Of a stretch of DNA of 64,000 nt, positions 25,419 through 36,880 are shown one piece after another. How positions within the stretch are numbered: the stretch's first letter is position 1; every line of letters starts with the position of its first letter. The notes beneath the pieces were generated by a model. It did not search any database. It saw only the letters and a program-made list of their open reading frames with translations, and was not told the origin of the DNA. The DNA is from Prasinococcaceae sp. CCMP 1430 (lineage: Eukaryota; Plantae; Prasinodermophyta), in the NCBI GenBank assembly GCA_013416795.1, contig RQSC01000630.1, positions 94,832 to 158,831 on the forward strand. The letters run 5' to 3'. The position numbers were made by a program, and so were the translations under genes.

Positions 25419-25431
25419 AAAACCCTAATGA
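25419..25431 (+). promoter_or_regulatory. Telo-box-like AAAACCCTAATGA, midway in the SPO11-2/PROSER3-like divergent promoter
   Basis: Exact 13-mer recurs at 43721-43733; the 10-mer core also occurs at 32841. Confidence 0.6.
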
Positions 25432-25831
25432 GCACTCGTTGATTCCCGCATCAATTGATGCGGGCCGTGCACGGCTGCGCCCGACAGCGGAACCCGGCGT
25501 TTGAACTGCGCAGCGAATTCGGAATTCGGACTTCCGACAGCGCGCGCGCGCGCGCGCGCGGGCGGGCCACAGCCGGCGGGGGGGGAGAGGGGAGGGGGAG
25601 GTTGTCGACGCGGGCGAGGGCGCCCGAGGCGCGCGCGGGCGCGGACCAAGCGCGCACGTAGCCTGCGTGCGGCGCCGGCGCCGGCGCCCCCGCGTGGTGC
25701 GCGTGCGACGGCAGCGGGCGCGCGCGAGAGAGAGAACGTGCGGGGGCGGAAGGCGGGGAGAGCGCGGCGGACAGAGGGCAGTCCGGGCGCGCCGCGAGGC
25801 GCGCGTACGGGGACGTCTGCCGCCACGCGCA

Positions 25832-28126
25832 ATGGCGGCGGCGATGGGCGCTCCCTCCTCGACGGCAGCGGAGATGATAGCGCGCTTCAGGTCGTCGGCG
25901 CCGCGGCCGCGCGCGAACAGGCGGGAGGGGACCGACGCATCGGCGGGAGAGGGCGGTGAAGAGCACGCGAAGCAGACGTTCTGGTGGCTGGAGGAGAGCG
26001 GCGAGGAGAGCGCCGAGCGAGCACGCGCACGCGCTGGGACGTCCACGGGCGGTCATGTGAGCTCAGAGGGCGGCGCTGATGTCGCGGCCGAAGGTGACGC
26101 CGACGTGTCACTGAATGCTTCGGTAGCGTACACAGACGAGAGCAGCTCGGACGCGCTCGCGGCACTGCTCAACGACAGCGCGCCCGCGTCGGTGGCGGCC
26201 GTGCTTGCTGGCGCCGACCCCGCACGCTCTTTGCTGGAGAGCGCGATGAGGCGTAGGGGCGCTGGCGGCACCGGTACGGAGAACAAAGGGCCGGGAGCAT
26301 CCGCAGGTGCCGCCAATTCAGATGCGGTCGATGCGGCCGCCAGCGGCGATCGTGACGAGCTCCTTGGCATCAGCGCGTTGTCCGCGTCCATCCTGGACGT
26401 GACAGCGAGCAGCGGGGCCGAGGAGGGCGACAGCACGCGCGCGAGCCTCGACCTATCGCTGCTGTCGGCGCTGCAAGAGACGCGGCATCCGCGTAGCGAA
26501 GAGGAAGAAATCGCAGAACATGATACACTCGCGGAGGCCGAACGCCTACTGGACGAGTGGCGCCACCGGCGCATGCTCGCGGAGAGGGACGTGGCGGCCA
26601 TCACCGCGGCTGCGGAGGCGGCGAGACTCACGGCAGTGGCGGAAGGGCACGTGCACCTACGCACGTATACCGGTATTGAGGAAACCTTGCGCGAGCCCAG
26701 GGTCGCGTCAACGGTCGCGCCAGCGGTCGCACCCGCGACTGCACGAGGACTGGCTTTCGAGCACGCACAGTCAGGGGTCGAGCGTCCGCCCGAGCTCGAT
26801 GTGCGCGCGTTTGTGGCCGCTGCGGAGCGAGACGCACGCTCCATGGTCGCCAAGGAGGCAGCTGATGCACTCGCAGACGCGCTGGCAAGGCATGGCCTGG
26901 CGTCGACTCCTGCGCCCACGCCCATGCCCGCGCTCGAAAACGCGCAGGCGGACGACCGCGCGCACGACCACACAGGCGAGCAGGAGCATGGCTGTGTGGA
27001 TCACCATCGGCAGGACGGCAAGGACGAGCAACAGCAGCATTCGCGACAGCAGCAGCACGCGGAGAAGCGAGCATGCGAGCAGGAGGAAAGTGATCGTCCA
27101 AGCGAAGGCTCCGTGCAGGCGGACGGTGCCGTGCCTGAGCCCGCACCTGCGCCCGAGTCTGAGCCCGTGGCTGGCGCGGCCGACTTGGCATGCATTGGCG
27201 ATGAGAGCCAGCCCGCTTGCTTGTCTCCTGAGCGCCGAGAGAGTCCTGTTTCGCTGCGCTCCTCGTCGTGTCCGCCAAGTGCATCTGCCACTGCAGCCTC
27301 AGATGGCCCCTCGGGGTCACGATCCCAGCCGCTGTCTCCGCCCGCGCCTCCGACCACGCACACTGGCGCGCGCGGCACGCTCTTCATGGGGCGCCCGCGC
27401 CATGCGGTACCGCGCATTGATTTGGATGCCACAGGCGAAGCTGGCGAGTCAGGCTCAGAGGAGTCCGGTGCGCCGCCTTCAAGCAGCTCGAGCGCGGGTG
27501 TGGCGGAGCACGTGCTGCAGCCCGCGCTGGCGGAGGTGGTGGGCGGTGCTCTCTTCGACAACAGCGCTGGCACGCCCGGCGACGCGCCGAGCAGCCTCGA
27601 TGCGATGCTTAATATGTGGGCGAGCTTCGACGCCGTGTCGGGCGGCAAGAACTCGGCGCAGCACCTGCAGGTGCAAAGCGGCGAGGAAGAGGAGCTGCAC
27701 GAGCCGCCAGCGCAGCAGAGCGAGGGCGACGAGGTTACTCCTCCCTCCGATTCCGCGACCGCAAGCGCCGATACGGGCGCTGACGTGCTATCCGCCCCCC
27801 CGGTGCCTACGGTGATCCCAGACGAGGAAGTGCGCGAGCTGTTGACGAAGGGCGCGCCCTGCACAGCCGCGGCGCGTGACCGCGGTGACACTGATGCCCC
27901 ACGCGCCTCCGTCTCGCAAACTGAGCTTTCTCTGACGTTTTCCGAGGGGGGGCTGTCATCGCTGTGTGACGGCAGCGAGGTACGGCAGAGCCGTGCGGCA
28001 CACGACGCTCTCGCCGATGCTAAAGATCCTGTGGTGGTCATGCTCTGCGAGCGCATCGCCGAGGGCGAGACGGAGCTCGCCGCGCTTAAGCGCAGGCTAC
28101 GCGCGCTCAGAGAGGATGGCTGCTGA
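25832..28126 (+). CDS. PROSER3-like low-complexity protein
   Basis: EMIARFR..AP.PR..R...TFWWL, LLDEWRHRRML and C-terminal DPVVVML.ER resemble the three conserved PROSER3 blocks as I recall them. Confidence 0.5.
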   Translation: MAAAMGAPSSTAAEMIARFRSSAPRPRANRREGTDASAGEGGEEHAKQTFWWLEESGEESAERARARAGTSTGGHVSSEGGADVAAEGDADVSLNASVAYTDESSSDALAALLNDSAPASVAAVLAGADPARSLLESAMRRRGAGGTGTENKGPGASAGAANSDAVDAAASGDRDELLGISALSASILDVTASSGAEEGDSTRASLDLSLLSALQETRHPRSEEEEIAEHDTLAEAERLLDEWRHRRMLAERDVAAITAAAEAARLTAVAEGHVHLRTYTGIEETLREPRVASTVAPAVAPATARGLAFEHAQSGVERPPELDVRAFVAAAERDARSMVAKEAADALADALARHGLASTPAPTPMPALENAQADDRAHDHTGEQEHGCVDHHRQDGKDEQQQHSRQQQHAEKRACEQEESDRPSEGSVQADGAVPEPAPAPESEPVAGAADLACIGDESQPACLSPERRESPVSLRSSSCPPSASATAASDGPSGSRSQPLSPPAPPTTHTGARGTLFMGRPRHAVPRIDLDATGEAGESGSEESGAPPSSSSSAGVAEHVLQPALAEVVGGALFDNSAGTPGDAPSSLDAMLNMWASFDAVSGGKNSAQHLQVQSGEEEELHEPPAQQSEGDEVTPPSDSATASADTGADVLSAPPVPTVIPDEEVRELLTKGAPCTAAARDRGDTDAPRASVSQTELSLTFSEGGLSSLCDGSEVRQSRAAHDALADAKDPVVVMLCERIAEGETELAALKRRLRALREDGC

Positions 28127-28225
28127 GGGAAGTTATTAATTCAGTATTGGACGAGAAGGACGGCCGCGTCGCGCCGCGTGGCCACTCGCAGCAGTATCTG
28201 TACTATGATAAATTTACTGCGCTGT

Positions 28226-29330
28226 CTATGTCTCCATCTCCACGACGTCGACGATGTCAGCGACCTTCTTCTTCGGCACGTAGACGGTCTCGGAAATGAC
28301 CTCAGCGGTCCCCCTGGCGAAGGCGTAGGGCTTGGAGCGCACGTACGTACGCGGGTTGGGCGTCTCGTAGTTACGCAGCCACTCCTTACCGTCCTTGGTG
28401 AGCACGCACAGGTCGACGTTGGAGCCCGAGCCCAGATCGTTAAAGATGCCGGCGCGGATCGCCTTCGCCACGCACGCGACCGCCTCGTCGCGCGTCATGT
28501 CTTCTTTGTAGTCAGCCTCGAAGATGGCCATGGCCGCAAGGCTGCCCGAGCCCATGGTCACGTACGGGTTGCTATCAGTCGAGCCGTGCGGGTACACGGT
28601 GTGCAGGTGCGGGCCATTGTGATCGACGCCTCCAAGCACGAGCGCGGCCGACACGTGGCCTTGGTACTTGAACAGGTGGCTCTTGAGGAGCGTGAGGGCG
28701 GTCACCACGCGGGAATCCCTGCCCGTGCTGTAGCGGTGCAGCGCGAGCTGCCCGCTCACCATGCCGGTCACGGCCTCCGTGTCGGCGGCTGTGCCCGCTC
28801 CGCAGCAGTAGATATTGGGCGCCATGTAGTGGATCTTCTCACAGTTCTTGTCGCACACTGTGTCACCCTCCGTTGCGCGCGTGTCCGCCCCGAGCACCAC
28901 GCCTCCCTGGAAAGCCGAGGTGGATCGCGCAGATGCCGGGCAGCGGGCGGGCGTGAACGTGCGCACGGGGCGTCAGGTGCCTGTGTGCACAGATGCACGC
29001 GGCAGCACGAGCGAATCACACACGGCAGCAAGGCACCGATCTCAGGTGGGGCAAAGCAACGTGCGTGGACCAGCCCGCGCGCACGTGGGCGCCTACCACG
29101 AACGTCTCACTCAGCGCGCAGCGGAGATCGCCGCGCGGCGCCCGCGCGCGCCCCCGGCGGCTCGCGCGCCATAAGCTGACCTTGAAGACGACTCCCGCGA
29201 TGGTTGTCCCAGTCTTCTTCGCCTTGGGCAGCTTGCCCCCCCCCGCCGCCGCCGCGCCCCTTGCCGCCGTGCCAGCCGCGAGCGCCGCATCGCGCGCGCT
29301 CAGCTCGTAGTCGAAGCCTCGCGGCGCCAT
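28226..29330 (-). CDS. PBB: 20S proteasome subunit beta2 (PSMB7/PBB), intron 28907-29180
   Basis: [12 protein letters not shown]|[55 protein letters not shown]. Confidence 0.97.
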
Positions 29331-30021
29331 CGCGCTCGCGCCGGAGCGCGCCCCGCGCGAGAGGCCGCAGTCGAGATGGCAGGCAGGCGGACTCCGCGAG
29401 CGCACGTTGCCGAGAAGAGTCGCGCAACCGCTCGGGAGCGCTCGGTGTGACGCCCTCGGCACGCACTGCGCCATTGCCCTCCCTCCCCTCCCCCACATGA
29501 CCTCACAGCCGCGCCGCGCGCGCGCGCGCGCAGATCCGCGGATTGACTTTCGGCGCGCGCGCCCTCGGTGCGAGGAGCTTTTTACACTACGATTTGATGA
29601 GCGGACCGCGGAGTCGCAGGGGTTCGCGACCGCCTCGCGCGGGTCGAAATTCGCCGCAATATGCGCATGCATTTAAATGGGGCGAGACTGCACGCGCGTT
29701 CGGAACGCAGGCGGTGCAGGCGATGAGGTGCGTGCATGCGCCGTGCGTTCCCCCTCGCGGTGCGCCGAGCGGCAGGTGCAAGCGTGCCGTGCCCGCATCG
29801 CGGCGCTGGCAAAGCGGCGCCCGCGCCCGGCCTGGGCCGGTGCCCATTGCAGGCAGGACGCCCCCACCGCCCGCCCCGGCTGCGCCAGAGAGAGCACGGC
29901 TCGCGCGCAAGCGCCGGGGTGCGTCAGTGCGTTGGGATGGATGCGTGTCTAGTAGTACCAGTAGTAGAATTACGTATAGTGACATTTTGGGCTCGCCGGC
30001 GCGCCCTCAGCACAAAGCTGC

Positions 30022-32582
30022 TCATAGGGCGGGGCCGTCGGTCTGTTTGCCGCCGGGATCCGCGAGCTGGTTGGTCTCCTCCATGGAATCGCCCGCGACC
30101 GCCTGGAAGAAGTCTCGCTCAACCCCCGCGATCACCTCGTCCCCGTCGTCCCCAGCTGCAGCTCCGGCCTTGGCCGCATTTGCCTCCTTGCGCGCCTTCA
30201 TCTTGAGCTCCTTTTGTCGCGCTTCGAGATTCTTCTCGCGCTTGGTCTCTCGCTCGAACATTTGCGAGATCGCCTGCTTCTCGTTGGCCTGCATGACCGC
30301 GAGGCCCTCGTACAAGTCGAGCAAACACACGTTGCCCTTCGCGTCGCCCGTAGTCATGAGCTTGCCCTGGTCGTGCAGATTGAAGCTCGTGAGGCCAGAG
30401 TCGCTCACCTGTACGCTGAGCACCGGGTCTTTCTGCTTATAGAAGTAGTCCCACACGTCGAGCACGCCGTCCATGCGGATGGTAAAGAACACGCCAGGGC
30501 GCGTGGGCGACCACGTGCCGCCCGTCAGGTACGATGAGTGGTACTTGGTGGATATGATGGGAGTTTTGAGGTCCTCCATCCACACGCGCGCAGTCCAGTC
30601 GCCGATCGACATGAAGTACTTGGGATAGAAAGGGTTGCGCTCCAGGGAGTACACGGGGCCGTGGTGGCCCGAGTATGTCACGCCCACGCGATCAGCGGGC
30701 GTCTTGGCCTTGCGGTTGCAGCTCATGACTGTGCCCTGCTCCGTGCCCACCATGAATTTGGTGGGTCCCGCCACAGCCTCGTACTCGATGGACACCGCGC
30801 CGCTAATGCTGGTGTCGTTCTTGCCCTTGAGTACGAGCTCCTCCACGGGCTCGCCCAGCCGCCGCGTGTCCCACCAGAAGACGTTGCCGTCGGTCGACAC
30901 GGACACGCACTCCGTGCCCGTCTTCGACTGCAGCCACGCATGATCATACACCGGGTCGCTATGCGACTTCTCGATGGGGCTGGCATCCACTGCACTGGCC
31001 CCCTTGCGCGTATCCCAGAAGGCCATCTGGCCGTTGTACATGCCGCCCAGCAGCACGTTGGGGTCCTTGGGATTATAGTTGATCGAGCACAGCTGCGAGG
31101 GCGCCTTGAGCTCTTGGTCGGGCGTGATCGGGTTGCTCACGTCCCAGATGTACGAGCTCGTATTCATGCCCTCGGGCTGGCCCTGGAATTGCATGATGGA
31201 GTACGCCACGGCGACCTTGCGCGCGCCGTCGGGGTACCAGCTGATGTACTGCGCCGAGCGCTGAATGGGGCTGGGGTCCCTGAAGATGGTCATGGTCTTC
31301 GCATACGGCTGCTCGCTCGAGTGGTCCACCACGTCGCCGCTGAAGTACTCCTCGTAAATATCCACGGCATTGTTCTGGCGGATGTATGCCTCCACACCCG
31401 CGCCAAGCTTGCCGATGGACGTCACGTAGTCCTCGTCCTTTTCGATCTTCTTGCGGAAGCGCACGGTTTGCTCAATCTCGGTGTAGTCAATGTCGCGCGG
31501 CCAGCCGCCCTCCTGGTGTACCATGCCCTTGTTCTGGAATGTTGCGGCTAGGGTGTTGACCTGCGCGACGAGGGAGCACCAGGAGCGGTTGGCACCGATG
31601 GCGCGGGCGGACACGCGGGCGGGAGCGACAGTGCAGGCAGCACAACGGGGGCGGGGGGGGGGGGCGCGAGCGAGGCGGAGAGCAACCGTGGCCGTCAGTT
31701 TCCACTTGATAAGGCGGCAGGAGAGCGGTCGCACCCTGCACGACGCGCGACGCGCGAAGGGCGGCACAGCGCGTAGCCAACGCCGGCGCCATCCGCACCG
31801 CGCCCATCGCGCTGCTGCCTGGCACAGAAGCAAAGCAGAAAAAAAAGTATCGAGCGCGCGCGACGCGCGCACTGATACTCCTGGCCACCACAGCCCCAGC
31901 GCGGACCAACGCTGCCAGGCCCACACGCGGGAGGGAGAGTGAGGACCTCATAACGCTGCCTCCCCACCACCGGAACCCCGCCACGGGACGCGACTGCCCG
32001 CGCGGACGACGCCCGCACGCCCGCGCGCCCCGTCCCGCGCGCGCGCCCCTTTTTTTTTTTTTTTGGTTTCACGCTTGCCGACTGGCGTTTGGGCCTGCTG
32101 GCAGAGTACCGCTGACCGCAAACGCACACGCGGAACTGACGGTCCCGTGCCGCATACGCACAGCGCCTGGTCCGGAACGCGCCCAGAGGCACCTCCAGTC
32201 CAGGCGGGGCCACCCCTCGCCCTCTGCGCTGCGCGCTCTCAGCTCCGCGGCGTTGCGCGCCGAGTGGGCCAGCCATGTGCTTGAATGCGCGTGCTGCGCG
32301 TGACGCATCTTCCCGCATGGAGTTCCCCCCACCCCCCGGTGCACACACACCACAGCGGCGCGCGCGCGCTGCCATCGCCGCCCATCTCACACGCACCTCG
32401 TGCTCCGACATTTCCGGCGCGATCTGCACGGTGGTCACGCACGGCGACCGCTCGATGTACTCCTCCTGCAGCACCTGCGGTTGCGGCGCCATGTCGCTCA
32501 CGAGCTCGGCGGGCTCGTCGGCGAACTGAGGGTGGCGGCCGAAGTCGCGCCGGGCGCACGTGTGCGTCGCGTAGAGCTCCAT
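30022..32582 (-). CDS. DNAI2: Outer-arm dynein intermediate chain IC2/IC69 (DNAI2), intron 31561-32396
   Basis: FGRHPQF.DE, PEMSEHE|VNT, H.EGGWP.DIDYTE, RKKIEKDEDY, QNNAVDIYEEYF, WD40 repeats, ERETKREKNLEAR.KEL. Confidence 0.95.
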
Positions 32583-32840
32583 GGCGGCTGCCGGCGCGGG
32601 GACAGCGCTGGCGCGCCACGCGCCGCGCCGCGCGCCCACTGTGGCCTCCGCCCATCCACCGTCTGCACACGCCGCACCACCCCCAGCCCCGTCCGCCCGC
32701 GCCGCGCCCCACGGCCCCCTCCTCTCTCCGGTTCCCCGACCGCGTCCCACCTCCCCCGGGGCGGGCCCATGCGCGCCGCTTCCGTCCGCGGGGCCGCCCG
32801 CCCGCCCGCGCGCGCCCGCCCCGCCGTGTCAGGGTCTGTG

Positions 32841-32852
32841 AAAACCCTAAAC
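32841..32852 (+). promoter_or_regulatory. Telo-box-like AAAACCCTAAAC in the DNAI2/CFAP221 divergent promoter
   Basis: Same 10-mer as at 25419 and 43721. Confidence 0.6.
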
Positions 32853-33493
32853 ATTTCTCTCTCCAAACAAACAAACACGCGTGCTAGCGAGAAAACGCGT
32901 GGGCCCCTGCCTGCGCGCGCGGCAGGCCTCCGCCGACCAAACACGAACAACAGCAGCCGACGGATCCGATCCCCGTATTCGCGGCCGGCTCCGATTCTCA
33001 GTTTTCACGCCATTTCTTCATTTCTTCGCCGGCGATTTGGGTTTGGGTTATCGCGCGGCGGCACGACGCCCGTTCCCCGGCCGGCCGACCGCCCGACCGA
33101 GAGCGCGCCGAAAGCGGGGATGGGCGGGCGGGTGCGCGCGGGTGCGGGCGCGGCCGCGAGCGTTCGGTCCTCCCTATGTGCTCTCCCAGCCTACCAGCAT
33201 TGGCTGGGTGACGGGAGGGCTGACGCGCCGGCGCAATGGGTTGTGGAGAGGTTGCGGGCCTGGGGCCAGACGCGCGGCGGCGTGCGGTGGCAGGTGACCG
33301 GGGCGCAAGCGCCCGCGGGCGCGCCCTTTTTGGGGCGCGCCGTGGCGCCCCTCGCGCGGCGCCGCGCCGCGCCGCGCGGCACCGCGCTGCGCTTGGGGCG
33401 TCCGTTGAGCTTGACGCGCACCGCGCTCGGCGCGCTCGGGCGGGCAGAAGGCCGTGCGTGTCGAACGTCTCACGCTGCACGCGGCGGGGAGCC

Positions 33494-36400
33494 ATGAGCG
33501 GCGCCGTGATGAGTACCCCCGCCTCCCCTGCGCCGTTGGGCGGCCCGCTGGACTTGGCTCGCACGTACCCCGACTTCGTGGCACCCGAGCCGAATAAGAG
33601 TGATGCGGCTGGCGAGGTGTTGGCTGCATCCGCGCCTCGAAAGGCTCCGAGGCATCGCCTGCTGGAGAATCGCGTGTACAGTCGCGCTGGCAGCAACAGC
33701 ACGTTCTGCGTGGAGCCCGCCGAGCTGGTGTTCACGGGCGGCGGTGAGACCGTCAAGCGCGTGAAGGTAACCAACGTGAGCCGCGCACCGCAGCGACTGC
33801 ACATGCTGCAGCCGACGGGCGGCCGCTTCTTGTGCCGCTTCACCGGTGGCATAAAACGCGGCGCCGTGATGCCCGGCGACTCGGAGACTCTAGAGGTCGA
33901 GTTCTTCGACGACGGGGAGAAGGGCGCAGTGGAGGACATGGTGCGGTTGCACACGACGGGCGAGAACGTTGCTGTGCCCTTACTCGCGCACCCGGGCTGC
34001 GTGCCGGCGAGCAGGATGGTGCTGCTGCCCACGCGCGTGGACTTCGGTCAAGTTGCGCCGGCGTGCACGTCGCGTCGCACCTTCCGCATTACCACCGGCG
34101 CCGCGATGGACGTCGCGTTCACCCTCGTGCCAATTGTGCACGCCCCCGAGTTCACCGTATGGCCCACCAGGGGTATCATTCCCGGCGTGGACGCAGGTGT
34201 GGATGCAGGGGCGCAGCCATGCGATGGGCCGCCGTGTGCAGAGGTTTGCATCGAGTACTCCCCCAAGCGCATGCACACTGCGACGATGCCTTTGCGGGTG
34301 GTGCTCGATCACCCGGGGTTCGAGCCGTACGTCGTCGAGATCTCTGGCAACTGCGCGCCAGGGTTCACGCGTTCCAAGCTACTCGGTGGCACAGCTGCGG
34401 GCGATGACGACGGCAGCGGCGCTGCCACAGCCGCTGCAAGCAATTCGAAGAGCATGCGCGGAGAAACCAAACGGCAGACGGCGTCGTCAAAGAGCTCCAC
34501 AATTCGCACGGGCACTGGGCACATCAGGCGAACGCATCAGCTGGGCGGCTCGCTGCGCTTCGACGAGGCAGAGGCGGGCGACGACCTGTCCGCGACGCTG
34601 CGCCGCGCGTCGCGAGGTGTCGGCGCCGGCGGTGGGGATGCCGTCACCAATGCCGAGGCTGCGCGGCGCAAGGAAGCAGTGCGCGCAAAGCTGGCGGCGC
34701 GCCATGCCAAACCAAAGCCGATCACCACGCGCAGGCCGCGCGCGCGCGCGCGCACGCCTGAACGCACTGTGCGCGGCGTGCGGGTGAGCAGCGACGTCGA
34801 TGGCGGGCATGGCCGCGTTGCGGCTGTGCTCGTGCACAAAGAGGGCAAGCTCCGTCTACGCGACGTGCGTGGCGAGGTTCATCGGCAGCGAGCGTTGCGC
34901 GAGGAGCAACGGCGGCGCGCGAGCACTGCCACCATCGTTGCGTCAGAGGAGCGCCGCAGCGCGCAAGACGAACACGCTTGGATGCACGACACACTCATGG
35001 CCGACTCGCTCAAGGAGATGCTCTTCGAAGCGGCCTTTGCCAACGCCGTCGAGCGACAAAAGAACGCCGAGCTGCGCACGGGGGTGGCGATCGGTGAGGA
35101 CCCTATGACGGAGGGGAGCATTGCTGCCGAGAAGGAAGCTCGGCGCGTGGCCATGGCAGCGCTAGACAGGGCCCAGGCAGAGTTGGACCTGACACGACTA
35201 GACCCGGAGCTTGAAACGACTGGCGCATGCCACATGAGCGAAAGGCTTGCTGCGGCGCAGGCTGAAGCAGCAGCAGAGGCGGCGGCCGCCGCGGCAGAGG
35301 CGGCGACGAAGGCAGCCCAGGGCACCAAAGTGGACGTGGCGGGAGAAGACGCTCCAGACGGCGGTGCCAATAGCCAGGAGGCGCAAGGATCGTCCGCCGG
35401 GACCGCCATGCCCCTGTCTGCGGCTGCGTCGGGCGCGATGGCGGCGGCCGCCGCCGCGACGGCTGCCGCTGCACCTTTCGTGCCATCGTGGGACCCGTAC
35501 TCCAATGACGTGTGGCGCATGCGCAAGCAGTCGTTAGAGCGCTTCGTGCGCGCGGCGCGCACCGTCATCTACCGCTTGCGCGCCGCCAAACGCCTGGCGG
35601 GGATTCGCGCAGCGCTGAGCAAGGCCGCCGAGGCCGGCGGGGACGACGAGGATAACCGTGCTGCGGCGTACATAGCGACTGACGTGATGTGCCTTGGTGA
35701 AACCGGCGCACGCTTCATCGCGGCGAAGCCATCTGAGTTGCTAGCCAGCGGGCGCATCCATCACTTCGCCTGGCCGCTGTACCGAGCGGAAAATTTCCGC
35801 GACAAGCAGCCGCTGCCCGAGGGCGAACATGGCGTTCTCGACGGATTCGCCCCGCTCGCGCTTAAAGTGCCGCTCCGCTACCAATCCATGGGCTACGCGC
35901 CCGAGCCGCTCGAACCGCTCCACAGCTTCACACCCACCATGGCGGGCCAGCCATTGCTCGAGGGTGCCGCCGAGGAGGATGCTGTCTCGGACATGCCACG
36001 CGCTGTCACCAAGTCTGCAGACACCACTGCCGTGCCTGCTGACTCAGTCGACAAAGAGACCGCCGCCACTGGTGACGGCAGAGGTGCGTCTGCATCGGCG
36101 CTCGACGGTGCAGGCGAAGCCGTGGCGTTGGTGGGCACAGCGACGCCCACCACCACCGGATCGCTACCTGCGCGCATGTACGAGCTCCGCACAGAGCCCG
36201 ACGCGCGCCTGCAGCCTTTCCCGATCATGAATGTCTCGGAGGGCAAGCTCATTTCGCCGCCGATACTAGTGATGCAAAGCCCTGCAAAGGGCGCCGCGGG
36301 CGCCGCTCACGGCGCCGGCATCCCCGCCGACTCTGCGCGCGCGGCCGATTCGGCTTTCGACACCTCGCTGGACGAGCCCGTCGGCTGTGGCTCTGTGCGT

Positions 36401-36880
36401 GCGCTGGCGGCCTCCGGGGAGCCCCTGACGGGTACGTCGTGGATGGCTCGACGGGAGCAGCGCCGAGCGCGCCCGATGATGCCGCCCGAGCTGATGGGCG
36501 GCATCGACGAGCGCGACGCCATGAGCGAGGGTGGCGTGGAGGGCGTCGAGGACGAGGAGGGAAAGCGTGCGGAGGAGCACGCGCGTAGGGAGATACCCAA
36601 CGTGGTGGTCACCGAGCTCGCCAAGCTCATGGCTGAGGCCCACAGCTCGGAGGAGGCGAGCGGCGCCGGCGGCGCCGACGGCGCGGCTGATGGCGAGGCG
36701 GCGACCGCGGACACAGACAGCGCCGCCGCGCGTTTCAGCGCGACGACGCCTGCCACGCGCGTGCGGGAGGCGGCGGACGCGCAGCGCCTCGAGCGGCGGA
36801 GAGTGCTGCTTAGGCGTGTGTCCGACGCCATTGAGGAGTTCGACGCCAAGGTCAAGGATCCGCGGCTCAAGCTCGCGTGA
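33494..36880 (+). CDS. CFAP221: CFAP221/PCDP1 central-pair protein
   Basis: N-terminal ASH/MSP-type Ig domains (F.VEPAELVF, VTNVS....RLH.L.P, DMVRLH..GEN..VPL.A.P, VDFG.V, F.V.P..GIIP, IEYSP) and W..R.....RF..AAR.VI.R.R IQ-like segment. Confidence 0.75.
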   Translation: MSGAVMSTPASPAPLGGPLDLARTYPDFVAPEPNKSDAAGEVLAASAPRKAPRHRLLENRVYSRAGSNSTFCVEPAELVFTGGGETVKRVKVTNVSRAPQRLHMLQPTGGRFLCRFTGGIKRGAVMPGDSETLEVEFFDDGEKGAVEDMVRLHTTGENVAVPLLAHPGCVPASRMVLLPTRVDFGQVAPACTSRRTFRITTGAAMDVAFTLVPIVHAPEFTVWPTRGIIPGVDAGVDAGAQPCDGPPCAEVCIEYSPKRMHTATMPLRVVLDHPGFEPYVVEISGNCAPGFTRSKLLGGTAAGDDDGSGAATAAASNSKSMRGETKRQTASSKSSTIRTGTGHIRRTHQLGGSLRFDEAEAGDDLSATLRRASRGVGAGGGDAVTNAEAARRKEAVRAKLAARHAKPKPITTRRPRARARTPERTVRGVRVSSDVDGGHGRVAAVLVHKEGKLRLRDVRGEVHRQRALREEQRRRASTATIVASEERRSAQDEHAWMHDTLMADSLKEMLFEAAFANAVERQKNAELRTGVAIGEDPMTEGSIAAEKEARRVAMAALDRAQAELDLTRLDPELETTGACHMSERLAAAQAEAAAEAAAAAAEAATKAAQGTKVDVAGEDAPDGGANSQEAQGSSAGTAMPLSAAASGAMAAAAAATAAAAPFVPSWDPYSNDVWRMRKQSLERFVRAARTVIYRLRAAKRLAGIRAALSKAAEAGGDDEDNRAAAYIATDVMCLGETGARFIAAKPSELLASGRIHHFAWPLYRAENFRDKQPLPEGEHGVLDGFAPLALKVPLRYQSMGYAPEPLEPLHSFTPTMAGQPLLEGAAEEDAVSDMPRAVTKSADTTAVPADSVDKETAATGDGRGASASALDGAGEAVALVGTATPTTTGSLPARMYELRTEPDARLQPFPIMNVSEGKLISPPILVMQSPAKGAAGAAHGAGIPADSARAADSAFDTSLDEPVGCGSVRALAASGEPLTGTSWMARREQRRARPMMPPELMGGIDERDAMSEGGVEGVEDEEGKRAEEHARREIPNVVVTELAKLMAEAHSSEEASGAGGADGAADGEAATADTDSAAARFSATTPATRVREAADAQRLERRRVLLRRVSDAIEEFDAKVKDPRLKLA

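Noticed and set aside
28178-31551. Long antisense ORFs (28178-29179, 30538-31551; likewise 14434-15177, 503-1729, 9928-11142)
   Set aside because: Shadows of real genes caused by high GC3; no recognisable motifs.
32741-33005. Alternative telomerase-RNA candidate (GTCCCACC USE-like motif, AAACCCTAAAC, T4)
   Set aside because: No TATA, no recognisable pseudoknot or 3' stem; better explained as a telo-box, but worth revisiting if telomeres are TTTAGGG.
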